NCBI GenBank assembly: GCA_021513715.1
Contig: CP084167.1
Span: forward strand, 2,464,001 to 2,528,000
From: Candidatus Heimdallarchaeum endolithica
GTDB taxonomy: Archaea; Asgardarchaeota; Heimdallarchaeia; Heimdallarchaeales; Heimdallarchaeaceae
Direction: 5' to 3'
Length of the DNA: 64,000 bases
Positions 48,854 through 58,167 of this stretch are shown piece after piece. Made by a program: the position numbers and the translations under genes. A model generated the notes under the pieces. It was given only the letters and a program-made list of their open reading frames with translations, was not told the origin of the DNA and searched no databases. The first letter of the stretch is position 1. Each line of letters opens with the position of its first letter.

Positions 48854-49924
48854 TTAAAACGATAAGGAGAAAAAATCATTGTTATTAAGTTTTGAATGTA
48901 ATAGGTAGCTTTTCCATTCAAGTTTACATGGGCAAGAAGGTAAATCCTGAAGAATGCTAGGATCTTGAGAAAGGGTGAAATCTTTGAGAGCTTGAACGAT
49001 AGCAGAGTCACAAGAACCACAGTTGTGAGCTCCTCTCTTTTTACCTCCTGCAACAGGGTCACAAATGATTCTTAAATTTGGATAGAGAGTAGAAAGTTCC
49101 TGACAGATATGAACAAGAGACCATAAGTAGGGAGGACGGTAAAAATTTTTTTCAAAGAGTGAAGAAAGATAAGTACCACGCTGAATGTTTATGGCATTAA
49201 TTGAAACTGTATCTACCCCTAAAGAAACAACTTGTTTAACACTGTTGAAAATATCTAATATAGAATCAAATTCTGAAACGAAAGGAGGTTTAAAAAGGAG
49301 ATAAGCTTTAATTTTTGCTCCAAAAGAAAATACGCGTTTTGTAGCACGTTCAAAATCTTCCCAAAAGAAGCCTTTATTTATAGAATCACGAAGAATAGCA
49401 TTGTTTGCACTTTCTAATCCTATAGCGATCTCAACTTTAGCAATATCAAAGTGATCACGGAGAAGTGTTAGCTTTTCTTCTGTAACATATGAAGGTCGAG
49501 ACTCTAGGACTAACTCTTTAATACTTGATGAATAAGGTTGAAGTTCATGAAGGATAGAAATTAGAACTTGTTTTGGGACTTCGAGAGAATCAAGAATGCT
49601 ACCACTAGTAAATAGTTTTATAGAATAAGAGAGGGACGGATCAATTAAAGAGGATAATTTAGAAGAAAAATCAGAGAGCATCTCTGAAAAATCTGGTTTT
49701 TGAGGGTTATCATAAAGATAACCGCAAATTGAACAACCTCCACTACGAGAAAGAGCCCAAGAACAACCTCTTGTAGGAAGAATAAAGACAATAGCTTTCG
49801 CCGGGCCAGTACGAAGACGATGATCTTCAACCCATGCAACAAGACGACGAGAAGTAGAACGCTTGGAAAGGGCAGATTGGCGGTAACTGTAGATTATAGA
49901 ACTAAAAGAAGGGTTTATTTTCAT
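48854..49924 (-). CDS. Archaeosine biosynthesis radical SAM protein RaSEA
   Basis: TRGCSW...GGCSICGY, FTSGS, ESRP, IGLESAN, RGAHNCGSCD; next to arcS. Confidence 0.92.
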   Translation of the reverse strand: MKINPSFSSIIYSYRQSALSKRSTSRRLVAWVEDHRLRTGPAKAIVFILPTRGCSWALSRSGGCSICGYLYDNPQKPDFSEMLSDFSSKLSSLIDPSLSYSIKLFTSGSILDSLEVPKQVLISILHELQPYSSSIKELVLESRPSYVTEEKLTLLRDHFDIAKVEIAIGLESANNAILRDSINKGFFWEDFERATKRVFSFGAKIKAYLLFKPPFVSEFDSILDIFNSVKQVVSLGVDTVSINAINIQRGTYLSSLFEKNFYRPPYLWSLVHICQELSTLYPNLRIICDPVAGGKKRGAHNCGSCDSAIVQALKDFTLSQDPSILQDLPSCPCKLEWKSYLLHSKLNNNDFFSLSF

Positions 49925-51849
49925 TTTGTTTCACCTTTTTTGAGTTTGAGTTTTTTCTTTACTATAGCTAAAGAACCAGATGACATTTTATTCATGTCAA
50001 CACCAGCGATGAGTGCTCGAGCAGTGGCCAAAACGCGACCTGAATTGACGATAAATATTTCATCAGATGGAAGAATAAATTCAGAAGCGTGATTACAACC
50101 AGGAGCGTAGATAGAACTACCTGTAATAGTTTCTGCAGCAAAATCTAAGTTGACGAGAGAGTAATCGAGAATCTCTTGAGCTGCTGCTGGCTGGAGAGAA
50201 AGAAAACCTGTACGGGAAAGATATGTGGCTATAAGTTTTTTTTCTCTGAATATCTGGATGTCTCTAGGATATTTACCACGAGTGCGAATTGGAGAAGAAA
50301 AGAGAACATTACCTGAGCCAGGACCGTATTGGTAATCTGCCGTAGCAATGAGTTTGCGGAGAAAAGAAGACAGATTGTGAGATGAATTGGAATCAGTAAG
50401 GTCCAAAGAAGAAAAAACTTCGCGTAGGGTTGAAGAAAGATTGGAAAGAGAGGAAGAACTAGTTGGACGATCAGATGTGGAAGTATGATAAACTGTCAAA
50501 TTCAAAGAATTAGAAACACGTTCAACTATATCAGAGTAACCTTGACCATGCGTGTGATTAATAAGAATAATGTTTTCAGGAAACTTAGAAAGAACATCAA
50601 TGAGAAGAGACGAAGTGACAGCTATTTCTTCTTCTGACCAGTAACCAGAAACTGGTATATCATAAAAACGGGGAGGATAAAGAGATTCAAGTTCACGAGG
50701 AACTACAGAAAGTGGAGAGGTGATTATCAATTCTGAAATAAACGGTAAAAAGGATTTTCCTGCTTGGCGAAGAGATTGACTAAAAAGTGAATGAGAGCGA
50801 GAAAGAGAATAAGGTTTTCTTGCAGAACAAGGAAAAAGAATTACAACTCGAGTTTGAGGAGATGGATTAAAGCGTTCACGAACACGATGTCGGAAAAGTT
50901 CAACTTCAGGACGATTAAGCGATGAAGAGCTAGTACAAACTAAAGAAGTAGACTGTTGAGCTGGAAAACGAGAAAGGAAGGTAGAAGAATAGTTACGGTC
51001 GAAGTAATTGAGAGTCGAAGAAAGAAGGGGTGAAGAATGAACATCGCGTTCTACCAAAGTACGAAGGTTATCAGACTCCAAAAAGAAACGGATTTGAGAA
51101 AGTTTGTTAGCCATGACTTGAAGATTGTGTCCTAAGATGTCGGGAGGAGAAGAGCGGCAGAAAGAACAATAACATTCAGGATGATTAGAAAGAGGATAAA
51201 CAGAATCAGAAGTGAGGAAAAACCCTCGTTCTGAGAGATAGTAAGCAAGAGAATCGTCGAAAAAGTCTATACCTGAATAGACAAGAAAAGAATAATAGGT
51301 GGGGGTAATTGGACCAGGAACATATAGAGCTATATCTGGAGCAAGTCGAGAGCGTAGAGAAACAAATAATTCAGAAAGTTTACGCTGATTGTTAAAGAGA
51401 GAAGAAAGACCAGTAAGAACAAAAAAAGAACAGTCAGTAGATAAAACATCTTCTAATAGAGGAGAATCGAAGAAAGTGTAAGGTAAAGTAAAAATTTGAG
51501 AATGAGGTTCTGGGAGAGATAGAAAAGAGGTAACATATTCAGAAAAAGATGATTCTGACAGAGTAGATGAAACAAACGAGGGGTAAAAAGGTTGAGATGA
51601 AAGTGTAAAAGAAGAAGAAAGAACTCGCTCGGAAAGGTGAGGTGGAAAAGACCATCGTAACTGGAAAGAAGAATCTAAGTCAGAAAAACGGGGAGGAAAA
51701 GAAGAATCAAAAAAACCTGAAAAGCCAAAATTAGAAGGTTTGTTACCAGAATTGAAAGAGAGAAGACCTGGTGCGAGGATATGAGAAGTACGAGTCTCGG
51801 CTAAAAGGCGAGAAAAACCAAAGGCAGAGAGAGGTTGAAAGAAACGCAA
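49921..51849 (-). CDS. arcS: Archaeosine synthase subunit alpha (with PUA domain)
   Basis: YSGIDFFD, PCSARKPYSLSRSH, TSPLSVVPRELE..YP..YDIPVSGYW, ADYQYG. Confidence 0.9.
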   Translation of the reverse strand: MRFFQPLSAFGFSRLLAETRTSHILAPGLLSFNSGNKPSNFGFSGFFDSSFPPRFSDLDSSFQLRWSFPPHLSERVLSSSFTLSSQPFYPSFVSSTLSESSFSEYVTSFLSLPEPHSQIFTLPYTFFDSPLLEDVLSTDCSFFVLTGLSSLFNNQRKLSELFVSLRSRLAPDIALYVPGPITPTYYSFLVYSGIDFFDDSLAYYLSERGFFLTSDSVYPLSNHPECYCSFCRSSPPDILGHNLQVMANKLSQIRFFLESDNLRTLVERDVHSSPLLSSTLNYFDRNYSSTFLSRFPAQQSTSLVCTSSSSLNRPEVELFRHRVRERFNPSPQTRVVILFPCSARKPYSLSRSHSLFSQSLRQAGKSFLPFISELIITSPLSVVPRELESLYPPRFYDIPVSGYWSEEEIAVTSSLLIDVLSKFPENIILINHTHGQGYSDIVERVSNSLNLTVYHTSTSDRPTSSSSLSNLSSTLREVFSSLDLTDSNSSHNLSSFLRKLIATADYQYGPGSGNVLFSSPIRTRGKYPRDIQIFREKKLIATYLSRTGFLSLQPAAAQEILDYSLVNLDFAAETITGSSIYAPGCNHASEFILPSDEIFIVNSGRVLATARALIAGVDMNKMSSGSLAIVKKKLKLKKGETK

Positions 51850-52103
51850 AAATTACACCTAAGAAAAGAAAATAAAAGAAGATTAAAAAGAATACGATTA
51901 GAAAGAAAAGAAAGACGGAACAGAAAACAATTAAGACGATTTATATAAAATTAAAGATGAAAAAGGCTAATACTCTTGAGAAAAAATCAGTTGTATAATA
52001 AAGAAAGCAAAAGAAAAACTTTTCAAAAGTAACGAAAATTTTAAAACAGTTAAAAAAGTAGAAGTAACAGAAAGCCTAAAACTTGTGAAAAAGAGCGTTA
52101 TGT

Positions 52104-52211
52104 GGCCTCGTGGCTTAACTCGGTAGAGCAACGGACTCTTAATCCGTAGGTTAGGGGTTCAAAAAACTAGCGTTGCGGGCGCTAAATTTGAAAATCCCCT
52201 CGAGGTCACCA
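52104..52211 (+). tRNA. tRNA-Lys(CTT) with a 31-nt intron at 59/60 (52164-52194)
   Basis: GGCCTCG/CGAGGTC acceptor, ACGGA-CTCTTAA-TCCGT anticodon arm; T-loop interrupted by a canonical BHB (TTCA/TGAA, bulges AAA and AAT); CCA encoded. Confidence 0.93.
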
Positions 52212-52503
52212 GTTTTTTAGATTGTTCTTTTGAATAAGTTTGAATTCTACTTTTTATTATATTTAGAATAAGACAACGATATCATTTATTCTGAAGTACC
52301 AAAATTATTTGAGAAGAGCTTCAAGCAAGCGCACAGAAATGTCATAAGCTGAAAGTTTTTTACTCTCATGTAATTTAATATTTCTAACTTCATAAATACA
52401 AAGCAAGGAAGTTGCAGTTTTTTACTGAACTTTTTCTATCTATTGCTTTTTTTAACCCTTTATCTTTATTATTTTCTTTTACAATAGTGAGATTACAATC
52501 TTT

Positions 52504-52824
52504 TCACTTTTTCCACTCATAAAGACTCACAACCCGAAGTCCATTTTTATCGTTTATCCGCACTCTTTTAATTATTCCACGGGCTAACAAATAGGTAATA
52601 GAGGAGTTGAGATAAAAGGGATCATCAACGTTATACTTTTCTTTGAGGTGAAAACTAACTTCTTCTAGAGTAATTACTTCACCAAAGGAGATCAAAGAAA
52701 GAATCGTTTCTAAAACTCTAAAAGAAGAGTGGTTGGAAGGATGAACTAAAGTTTCAGGAGAAAGACAGTTATCTATTTGTTGCTCTCCTTTCAAAAGATG
52801 GTTGTTATTCATTATTTCTATCAT
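52504..52824 (-). CDS. Hypothetical protein, possible winged helix
   Basis: ITYLLARGIIKRV wHTH-like C-terminus; GAGG upstream. Confidence 0.55.
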   Translation of the reverse strand: MIEIMNNNHLLKGEQQIDNCLSPETLVHPSNHSSFRVLETILSLISFGEVITLEEVSFHLKEKYNVDDPFYLNSSITYLLARGIIKRVRINDKNGLRVVSLYEWKK

Positions 52825-53281
52825 TTCCTCTTCTATTAATCTTGAGGCTATTGGGCATCTTAACCACCCTTACTAAAAGAATGTAATAATACCAACAAAA
52901 ACAAAAATTATGCTTTTTTTCTAAAGATCTACTTAGTCTACTTATACACTTGTGATTTACCAAATATTTTTTCTTTATTTAATTCGACTTTTATTGAAAA
53001 TAAATATTATAGAATAGTTATACGGAACATGATGATTTTCCAATAATTATTTGATTGTTTTTTCAATAGATGATTAATGACCTATTTTTTATCTGTAATA
53101 ATGCATACTGAAACTCTATTTGTTATACAGTATAGTTATGATTCTAAGGTGGATTTTAGGAATTAGTTGAGGAGAGTAAAAAAAAAGGGTTTAGAATAAT
53201 TATTTTTATTTTAGGATTTTTTTATTATAGAAGCAATAAGACTAATTCAATTATTTCTTTTCAAATAAGGTAAAAAGAGTT

Positions 53282-53424
53282 TGGCGGGCTCGAGGGGATT
53301 TTCATAATTTGCGCCGCAACGCAGATAATTATTTTGAACCCCCGACTGACAGGTTTCGTAAACTGGTGCCGACAAGCACCAATTTTAAAAGCCTGCTGAT
53401 CTAACCTAGCTGATCTACGAGCCC
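53282..53424 (-). tRNA. tRNA-Lys(TTT) with two introns: 37/38 (53355-53385) and 59/60 (53299-53332)
   Basis: GGGCTCG/CGAGCCC-G-CCA; GCAGG-CTTTTA^A-CCTGT; canonical BHB in the T loop (TTCA/TGAA). Confidence 0.9.
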
Positions 53425-53662
53425 GGTAATTTTTCCTTAACTATCGGGGAATGCTTTTCTTGCATTTTTCCGTGTTATTGTTCTCGTATGGTTGTTTTTC
53501 TTTCTTATTTTAAAATTTTCGTTCAAGAATAAAATCTTTCCCCTCCACAAAGGTCGAAAAAAGAATAACTAAAAATCATGTAACTAACTAAATATTAAAT
53601 ACTTTAAATGTCAAAAATTTTTTTCAACATCTTTTAATAACTTATTATTTTCTATATCTTGC

Positions 53663-54712
53663 ATGCAAACCACTCATGAAATTATATACTCCTCTTCTAG
53701 CTCTCTTCCTTCTATTCTCTCTAGTAGTGTTGATCTTGTTGTCACTTCTCCCCCTTATCCAATGATTGAGATGTGGGATGAGCTTTTTTTTAATCTTAAC
53801 CCTGATATCGAGTCTTCTTTAACCTCTTATCCTTCTTCAGCTTTTGAGCTTATGCATTTAGAGCTGGACAAAACTTGGACTGAAATTGATCGTCTTCTCA
53901 AACCTGGTTCTATCGTTTGTATAAACATTGGTGATGCAACGCGAAAGATTAATTGTAACTTTGCTCTTTATTCTAATAGTTCTCGAATAATCAGAAAATT
54001 TCTTGAATTGGGCTATTTTTGTTTACCTTCTATTCTGTGGCGTAAACAAACTAACTCTCCCACCAAATTTATGGGGTCGGGCATGCTTCCTCCCGGTGCT
54101 TATGTAACTTTAGAACATGAGCACATCTTGCTTTTCCGTAAAGGTTCTAAGCGAGAGTTTAATTCTCCCGAATCTAAATTGAATCGTCGTCGTAGCGCTT
54201 ATTTTTGGGAAGAACGTAACCTCTGGTTTTCTGATATTTGGGAGTTTAAAGGCGTAAGCCAAAAACTTAATTCTGAAGTTTTGCGCTCTCGTAGTGCTGC
54301 CTATCCTTTTGAGTTAGCTTTTCGCCTTATTAACATGTTTTCAGTTCAAGGTGATACAGTTCTTGATCCTTTTTTAGGTACGGGAACAACTACTCTAGCA
54401 GCTATTACTTCATGTCGTAACAGTATTGGTGTAGAAATTGATAAAAATTTCAAGTCTATTATTCTCGAAAGCATAAGAAAGGTAAAAGATTTTGCAAATG
54501 GTTATATTGATAATCGTTTGCAGACACATCTGGCTTTTGTTCAACAAAAAGAAGAAACACATTCCTTTAAGCATCGTAACTCTGTTTATGGTTTTCCTGT
54601 TATGACTGCACAAGAAACTGATCTTTACTTCCCTAAAATTGAAAATGTTAAAATAAAAGATGAATCACTTTTCGAAATTATTTATAAAAATAAAGAAAAG
54701 ATTTATTCGTAA
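53663..54712 (+). CDS. Orphan amino (N4-C/N6-A) DNA methyltransferase, beta class
   Basis: VVTSPPY precedes VLDPFLGTGTT; no adjacent restriction endonuclease recognised. Confidence 0.9.
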   Translation: MQTTHEIIYSSSSSLPSILSSSVDLVVTSPPYPMIEMWDELFFNLNPDIESSLTSYPSSAFELMHLELDKTWTEIDRLLKPGSIVCINIGDATRKINCNFALYSNSSRIIRKFLELGYFCLPSILWRKQTNSPTKFMGSGMLPPGAYVTLEHEHILLFRKGSKREFNSPESKLNRRRSAYFWEERNLWFSDIWEFKGVSQKLNSEVLRSRSAAYPFELAFRLINMFSVQGDTVLDPFLGTGTTTLAAITSCRNSIGVEIDKNFKSIILESIRKVKDFANGYIDNRLQTHLAFVQQKEETHSFKHRNSVYGFPVMTAQETDLYFPKIENVKIKDESLFEIIYKNKEKIYS

Positions 54713-55482
54713 AAATCATCTCTTGTTCCAAACTCTCTTTCTATTGCAGCGATTAGTGTTTCTATATTGTGCATAGTTGTTGCGCTTATTGGAAATAGTT
54801 CTCCAGTGTTTCTGAATTGTTCTATGGTTTGTATTATATTCAATCCTAGTTGTTTTGATAATGATATTGTTTGCCCTCTTCCTATTTCTATTCCTATTGT
54901 TTCTGGTTCTTCTATCCATCTTTCTAATCTTTCTTTGTGATCTTTTTTTATTAAATCTGCTTTTGAAATTACAGGTATTTGTGGGAGTTCTAATTGGAAT
55001 TCTACTGATAGGCTTAGTAACAATATGCTTGCTAAACCTTCAGGTTTTAGTACTAATGATGGATCTATTAGGAACACCGATACAGGTTCTCTATTTTCTT
55101 TTAACATATTAGCGATAAACTTTCCACTGCTTCTATATGCGAATAATTCTATTTGTCCTGGTGTGTCTACGATTAAATATTGCGGGTCAACGTACTCCAC
55201 TTCTGACATTAAATCATGTATTTTAGTTGCAATTAGGTCCATACTGGCTATCATCGCTCCATTTGGACCTAGGTTGTATTCGTTTACTATTTCATTTATG
55301 TCTACTATATCTCTTACATCTATCGCAGGAGCGTAAGGTATTGTTCTTACACCCGCATCTAAGTTAAGTATACCTACATCTAACTTCTTTTCCGAGAACC
55401 AATCAAATAATGTCCTTGTCAGAAAAGTTTTTCCTGCTCCCGCAGTTCCTAGTAAGTAAATTATGTATTTTCTATCTGGCAC
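54703..55482 (-). CDS. GPN-loop GTPase
   Basis: GTAGAGKT, LGPNGA, DTPGQIELF, SKAD. Confidence 0.93.
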   Translation of the reverse strand: MPDRKYIIYLLGTAGAGKTFLTRTLFDWFSEKKLDVGILNLDAGVRTIPYAPAIDVRDIVDINEIVNEYNLGPNGAMIASMDLIATKIHDLMSEVEYVDPQYLIVDTPGQIELFAYRSSGKFIANMLKENREPVSVFLIDPSLVLKPEGLASILLLSLSVEFQLELPQIPVISKADLIKKDHKERLERWIEEPETIGIEIGRGQTISLSKQLGLNIIQTIEQFRNTGELFPISATTMHNIETLIAAIEREFGTRDDFYE

Positions 55483-55485
55483 TTT

Positions 55486-56271
55486 TTATTCTCCTATTTC
55501 TGTTATCTTTATTTTGGGTTGATTCTCTTTTATTTTATCTATCAAAAACCTTTTTGCTTCTGCAACTATTTTTTCTCCCTCTTCTCCAGAATATGAAAAA
55601 TGAATTATTATTCCTTTTCTTTCTCCGAACTGGGGGTGAGATTTAATGTACAGTTTTTTAAATTTCTTTTTTGTTTGATTAATATAAGGTGCTATCTCAC
55701 TTTCTCTACAGTTTTCTACTATTATTTTACATTCTGTTATGAGAATTTTTATTTTAGACGATAGGTAAGGGTGAATAGCCGTTGTGTATATAGTTTTCAT
55801 CTCCGTTGGGACACCAGGCAAACAGAATATCTCTGTTTTCTTATATTTTATTAAACATCCTGGCGCTGCTCCCGCACTATTGTTTAGTATTTTTCCTCCT
55901 TCTGGTATTAACGCCATTTTTCTTCTCTCTTCACTCATTTCTAATCCATACTTTTCATAATGCTCTTTTATTAACTCTAGCGCTTCTTTGTTTTCTATTA
56001 GTCTCTTTCCTGTTACTTTTGATATAACTTCCATTTGTATATCATCATATGTTGGACCCAATCCACCTGTGACAATCAATATTTCTGGTTCTCTCTCTAT
56101 GACTTCTTTAATGCACTCGCTTGCTAGTTTTAGTTCATCCCTTACACTAGTTATTCTTCTTACTTCTATTCCTAATCTTGTTAGCTGTTCTCCAAGGTAA
56201 GTTGCGTTTGTATTAACAGTAATTCCCATTAGCAGTTCATTTCCTAAACAAACAATCTCCGCTGTAACCAT
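55486..56271 (-). CDS. CinA-N / molybdopterin-binding domain protein
   Basis: GNELLMG.TVNTNA, TGGLGPTYDD, GAAPG, LPGVPTEM, YIKSHP. Confidence 0.9.
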   Translation of the reverse strand: MVTAEIVCLGNELLMGITVNTNATYLGEQLTRLGIEVRRITSVRDELKLASECIKEVIEREPEILIVTGGLGPTYDDIQMEVISKVTGKRLIENKEALELIKEHYEKYGLEMSEERRKMALIPEGGKILNNSAGAAPGCLIKYKKTEIFCLPGVPTEMKTIYTTAIHPYLSSKIKILITECKIIVENCRESEIAPYINQTKKKFKKLYIKSHPQFGERKGIIIHFSYSGEEGEKIVAEAKRFLIDKIKENQPKIKITEIGE

Positions 56272-56313
56272 TTTTTTTCCTTCTTTACATTTTTCTTTAT
56301 ATTTTTCCAATTA

Positions 56314-57390
56314 TTATTTTGATCTGTTTACTCCCATTTTTGCTATCTCTATGAGATATTCTTTATACTTCTTTTCAAATGCAGGCTCTGCTTTTTCAAT
56401 AAACAATTTACATGTTGAAAATAATTCTTCTGCTTTTGCTTTAGCATAATCTAAAGCTCCTGTTTCCTTCATAATGTCTTTTATTTCTTCTATTTCTTCT
56501 CTTGTTGCATTTCTTTTCCCAACTACTTGTTTGAGTTTGTTTTTTTCTTTCTCATTTGCATTTTCTATAGTTTTTATTAGTAAAATCGTTTTTTTTCCTT
56601 CTTTAATATCACTATCTACAGGCTTTCCAGTTTTTATTTCATCGCCAAAAGTACCAATAATGTCATCTACAATTTGGAAAGCTATTCCCATGTTCCTAGC
56701 GTAGGATGATAAAGCTTTAAGCTGGGTTTCTTCTGCTTCTGCATAAATTGCTCCCATCTTTGTTGCTTTTTCGAATAATGCTGCTGTTTTTCCATTTATC
56801 ATTTCAAAGTATTGCTTCTCTGTTACTTCAAATCTCCCTTGCATATCTGTTTCATATATGACTCCTTTTACAACTTCCATAAAGCCTTTATTAAACTCCG
56901 ATGCTGCTTTTATCATTATATCTGGCTTAAAATCTATTCTATTTAGTGCTTTATAAGCTAAATTATAAACAAAATCTCCCCCTAGTATCCCCATGGCTAG
57001 TCCATAATCTTCTGGGTGAACATTTTTCTGAGGATAATTTTGCTTTGAATAATCTCTAAAAACTACATGAAAAGCTTTTTTTCCTCTTCTTGTTTCAGCA
57101 AAATCCATTATATCATCATGAATTAAACTAGCATTATGAAGGAGCTCTATTGATAATGAAGCAGGATAAATAGATTCATTGAAGTCAGTGTTTAAACAAG
57201 CTTCATAGGAAAGTAACATAAGTATTGGCCTTATCCTTTTTCCTCCAGAAAATAGAAAATTATTTGTTTCTTGAACATAATATTCTAAAAAAGGATTGTC
57301 CTTACACGCAGCTATTTCCTCATTTATAAACTGTGTGAGGGCGATATTTACTTGTTCCATTTTTTTAATGTAAAAATCCTTGAAATTCAT
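56314..57390 (-). CDS. Geranylgeranyl diphosphate synthase (trans-prenyltransferase)
   Basis: GGKRIRP, LIHDDIMD..RRG, KTAALF, FQIVDD, DIKEGKKT. Confidence 0.93.
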   Translation of the reverse strand: MNFKDFYIKKMEQVNIALTQFINEEIAACKDNPFLEYYVQETNNFLFSGGKRIRPILMLLSYEACLNTDFNESIYPASLSIELLHNASLIHDDIMDFAETRRGKKAFHVVFRDYSKQNYPQKNVHPEDYGLAMGILGGDFVYNLAYKALNRIDFKPDIMIKAASEFNKGFMEVVKGVIYETDMQGRFEVTEKQYFEMINGKTAALFEKATKMGAIYAEAEETQLKALSSYARNMGIAFQIVDDIIGTFGDEIKTGKPVDSDIKEGKKTILLIKTIENANEKEKNKLKQVVGKRNATREEIEEIKDIMKETGALDYAKAKAEELFSTCKLFIEKAEPAFEKKYKEYLIEIAKMGVNRSK

Positions 57391-57537
57391 TGAGTATCCC
57401 TTGATATTTTGAGAGAAAGGTAATATTATTAATTTTTTTCTAGAAATTTATCCTTTTTTGTTTTTTCTATTTTGGCAAATAAAAAATGCTTTATCCCAAT
57501 TTATTTAAAGTCTCTATCTTTTTTTTATAGGAATAAT

Positions 57538-58167
57538 ATGAACCCTTATTTAGACAAATTTCAAGAAGTTGCACAATCAATAGAAACAGAACTTAATAAA
57601 AAATCAGCCTTAAAAGAAAAATTGTTAAAATTATCTCGGGACTTAGTAAAAACTTCTGGAAAAGTTATTTCGAATGTTCATTCAAAAAGAGTAACTGAGG
57701 CAAAAAAACTACTTTCTTCAGCTATATCTCTTCACACCCAGATATGTGACTTGCTGACTCAAGATCCATCTTTTACGGATTCAGGGTATATTTTAACAGC
57801 TTTACAAGAATTTACTGAAGCACATATTTTCTTTTCTCTAATTTCTAATTCTCCAATCCAATCTCCTACAGAGTTAGGTGTGACAGATCAAGCGTATCTT
57901 TTGGGCATTGCAGATGTTATCGGAGAACTTCGGCGCCATATTCTCGAAATATTAATTGATGATAATATTGAAGAAGCAAAAAGGTTTTTTCAATTGATGA
58001 AAGACCTATATGACATATTCTTACAAATAGAAATTGACAAATCTTTAATCGGTGACTTCAGACGAAAGCGTGACATGGCTCGAGTTTTAATCGAAAAAAC
58101 ACTCTCTGATTTATTTATTGCTATTCAAAGTAAAAGATTAGAAATGAAAATGAAAGATTTTAACTAA
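57538..58167 (+). CDS. Translin/TRAX family protein
   Basis: LSRDLVK.S, ALQEFTEA, YLLGIADVIGELRR, RRKRD. Confidence 0.88.
   Translation: MNPYLDKFQEVAQSIETELNKKSALKEKLLKLSRDLVKTSGKVISNVHSKRVTEAKKLLSSAISLHTQICDLLTQDPSFTDSGYILTALQEFTEAHIFFSLISNSPIQSPTELGVTDQAYLLGIADVIGELRRHILEILIDDNIEEAKRFFQLMKDLYDIFLQIEIDKSLIGDFRRKRDMARVLIEKTLSDLFIAIQSKRLEMKMKDFN

Noticed and set aside
52825-53281. Canonical replication origin in the AT-rich gap
   Set aside because: No ORB repeats or cdc6/orc1 seen; only the skew signal is reported.
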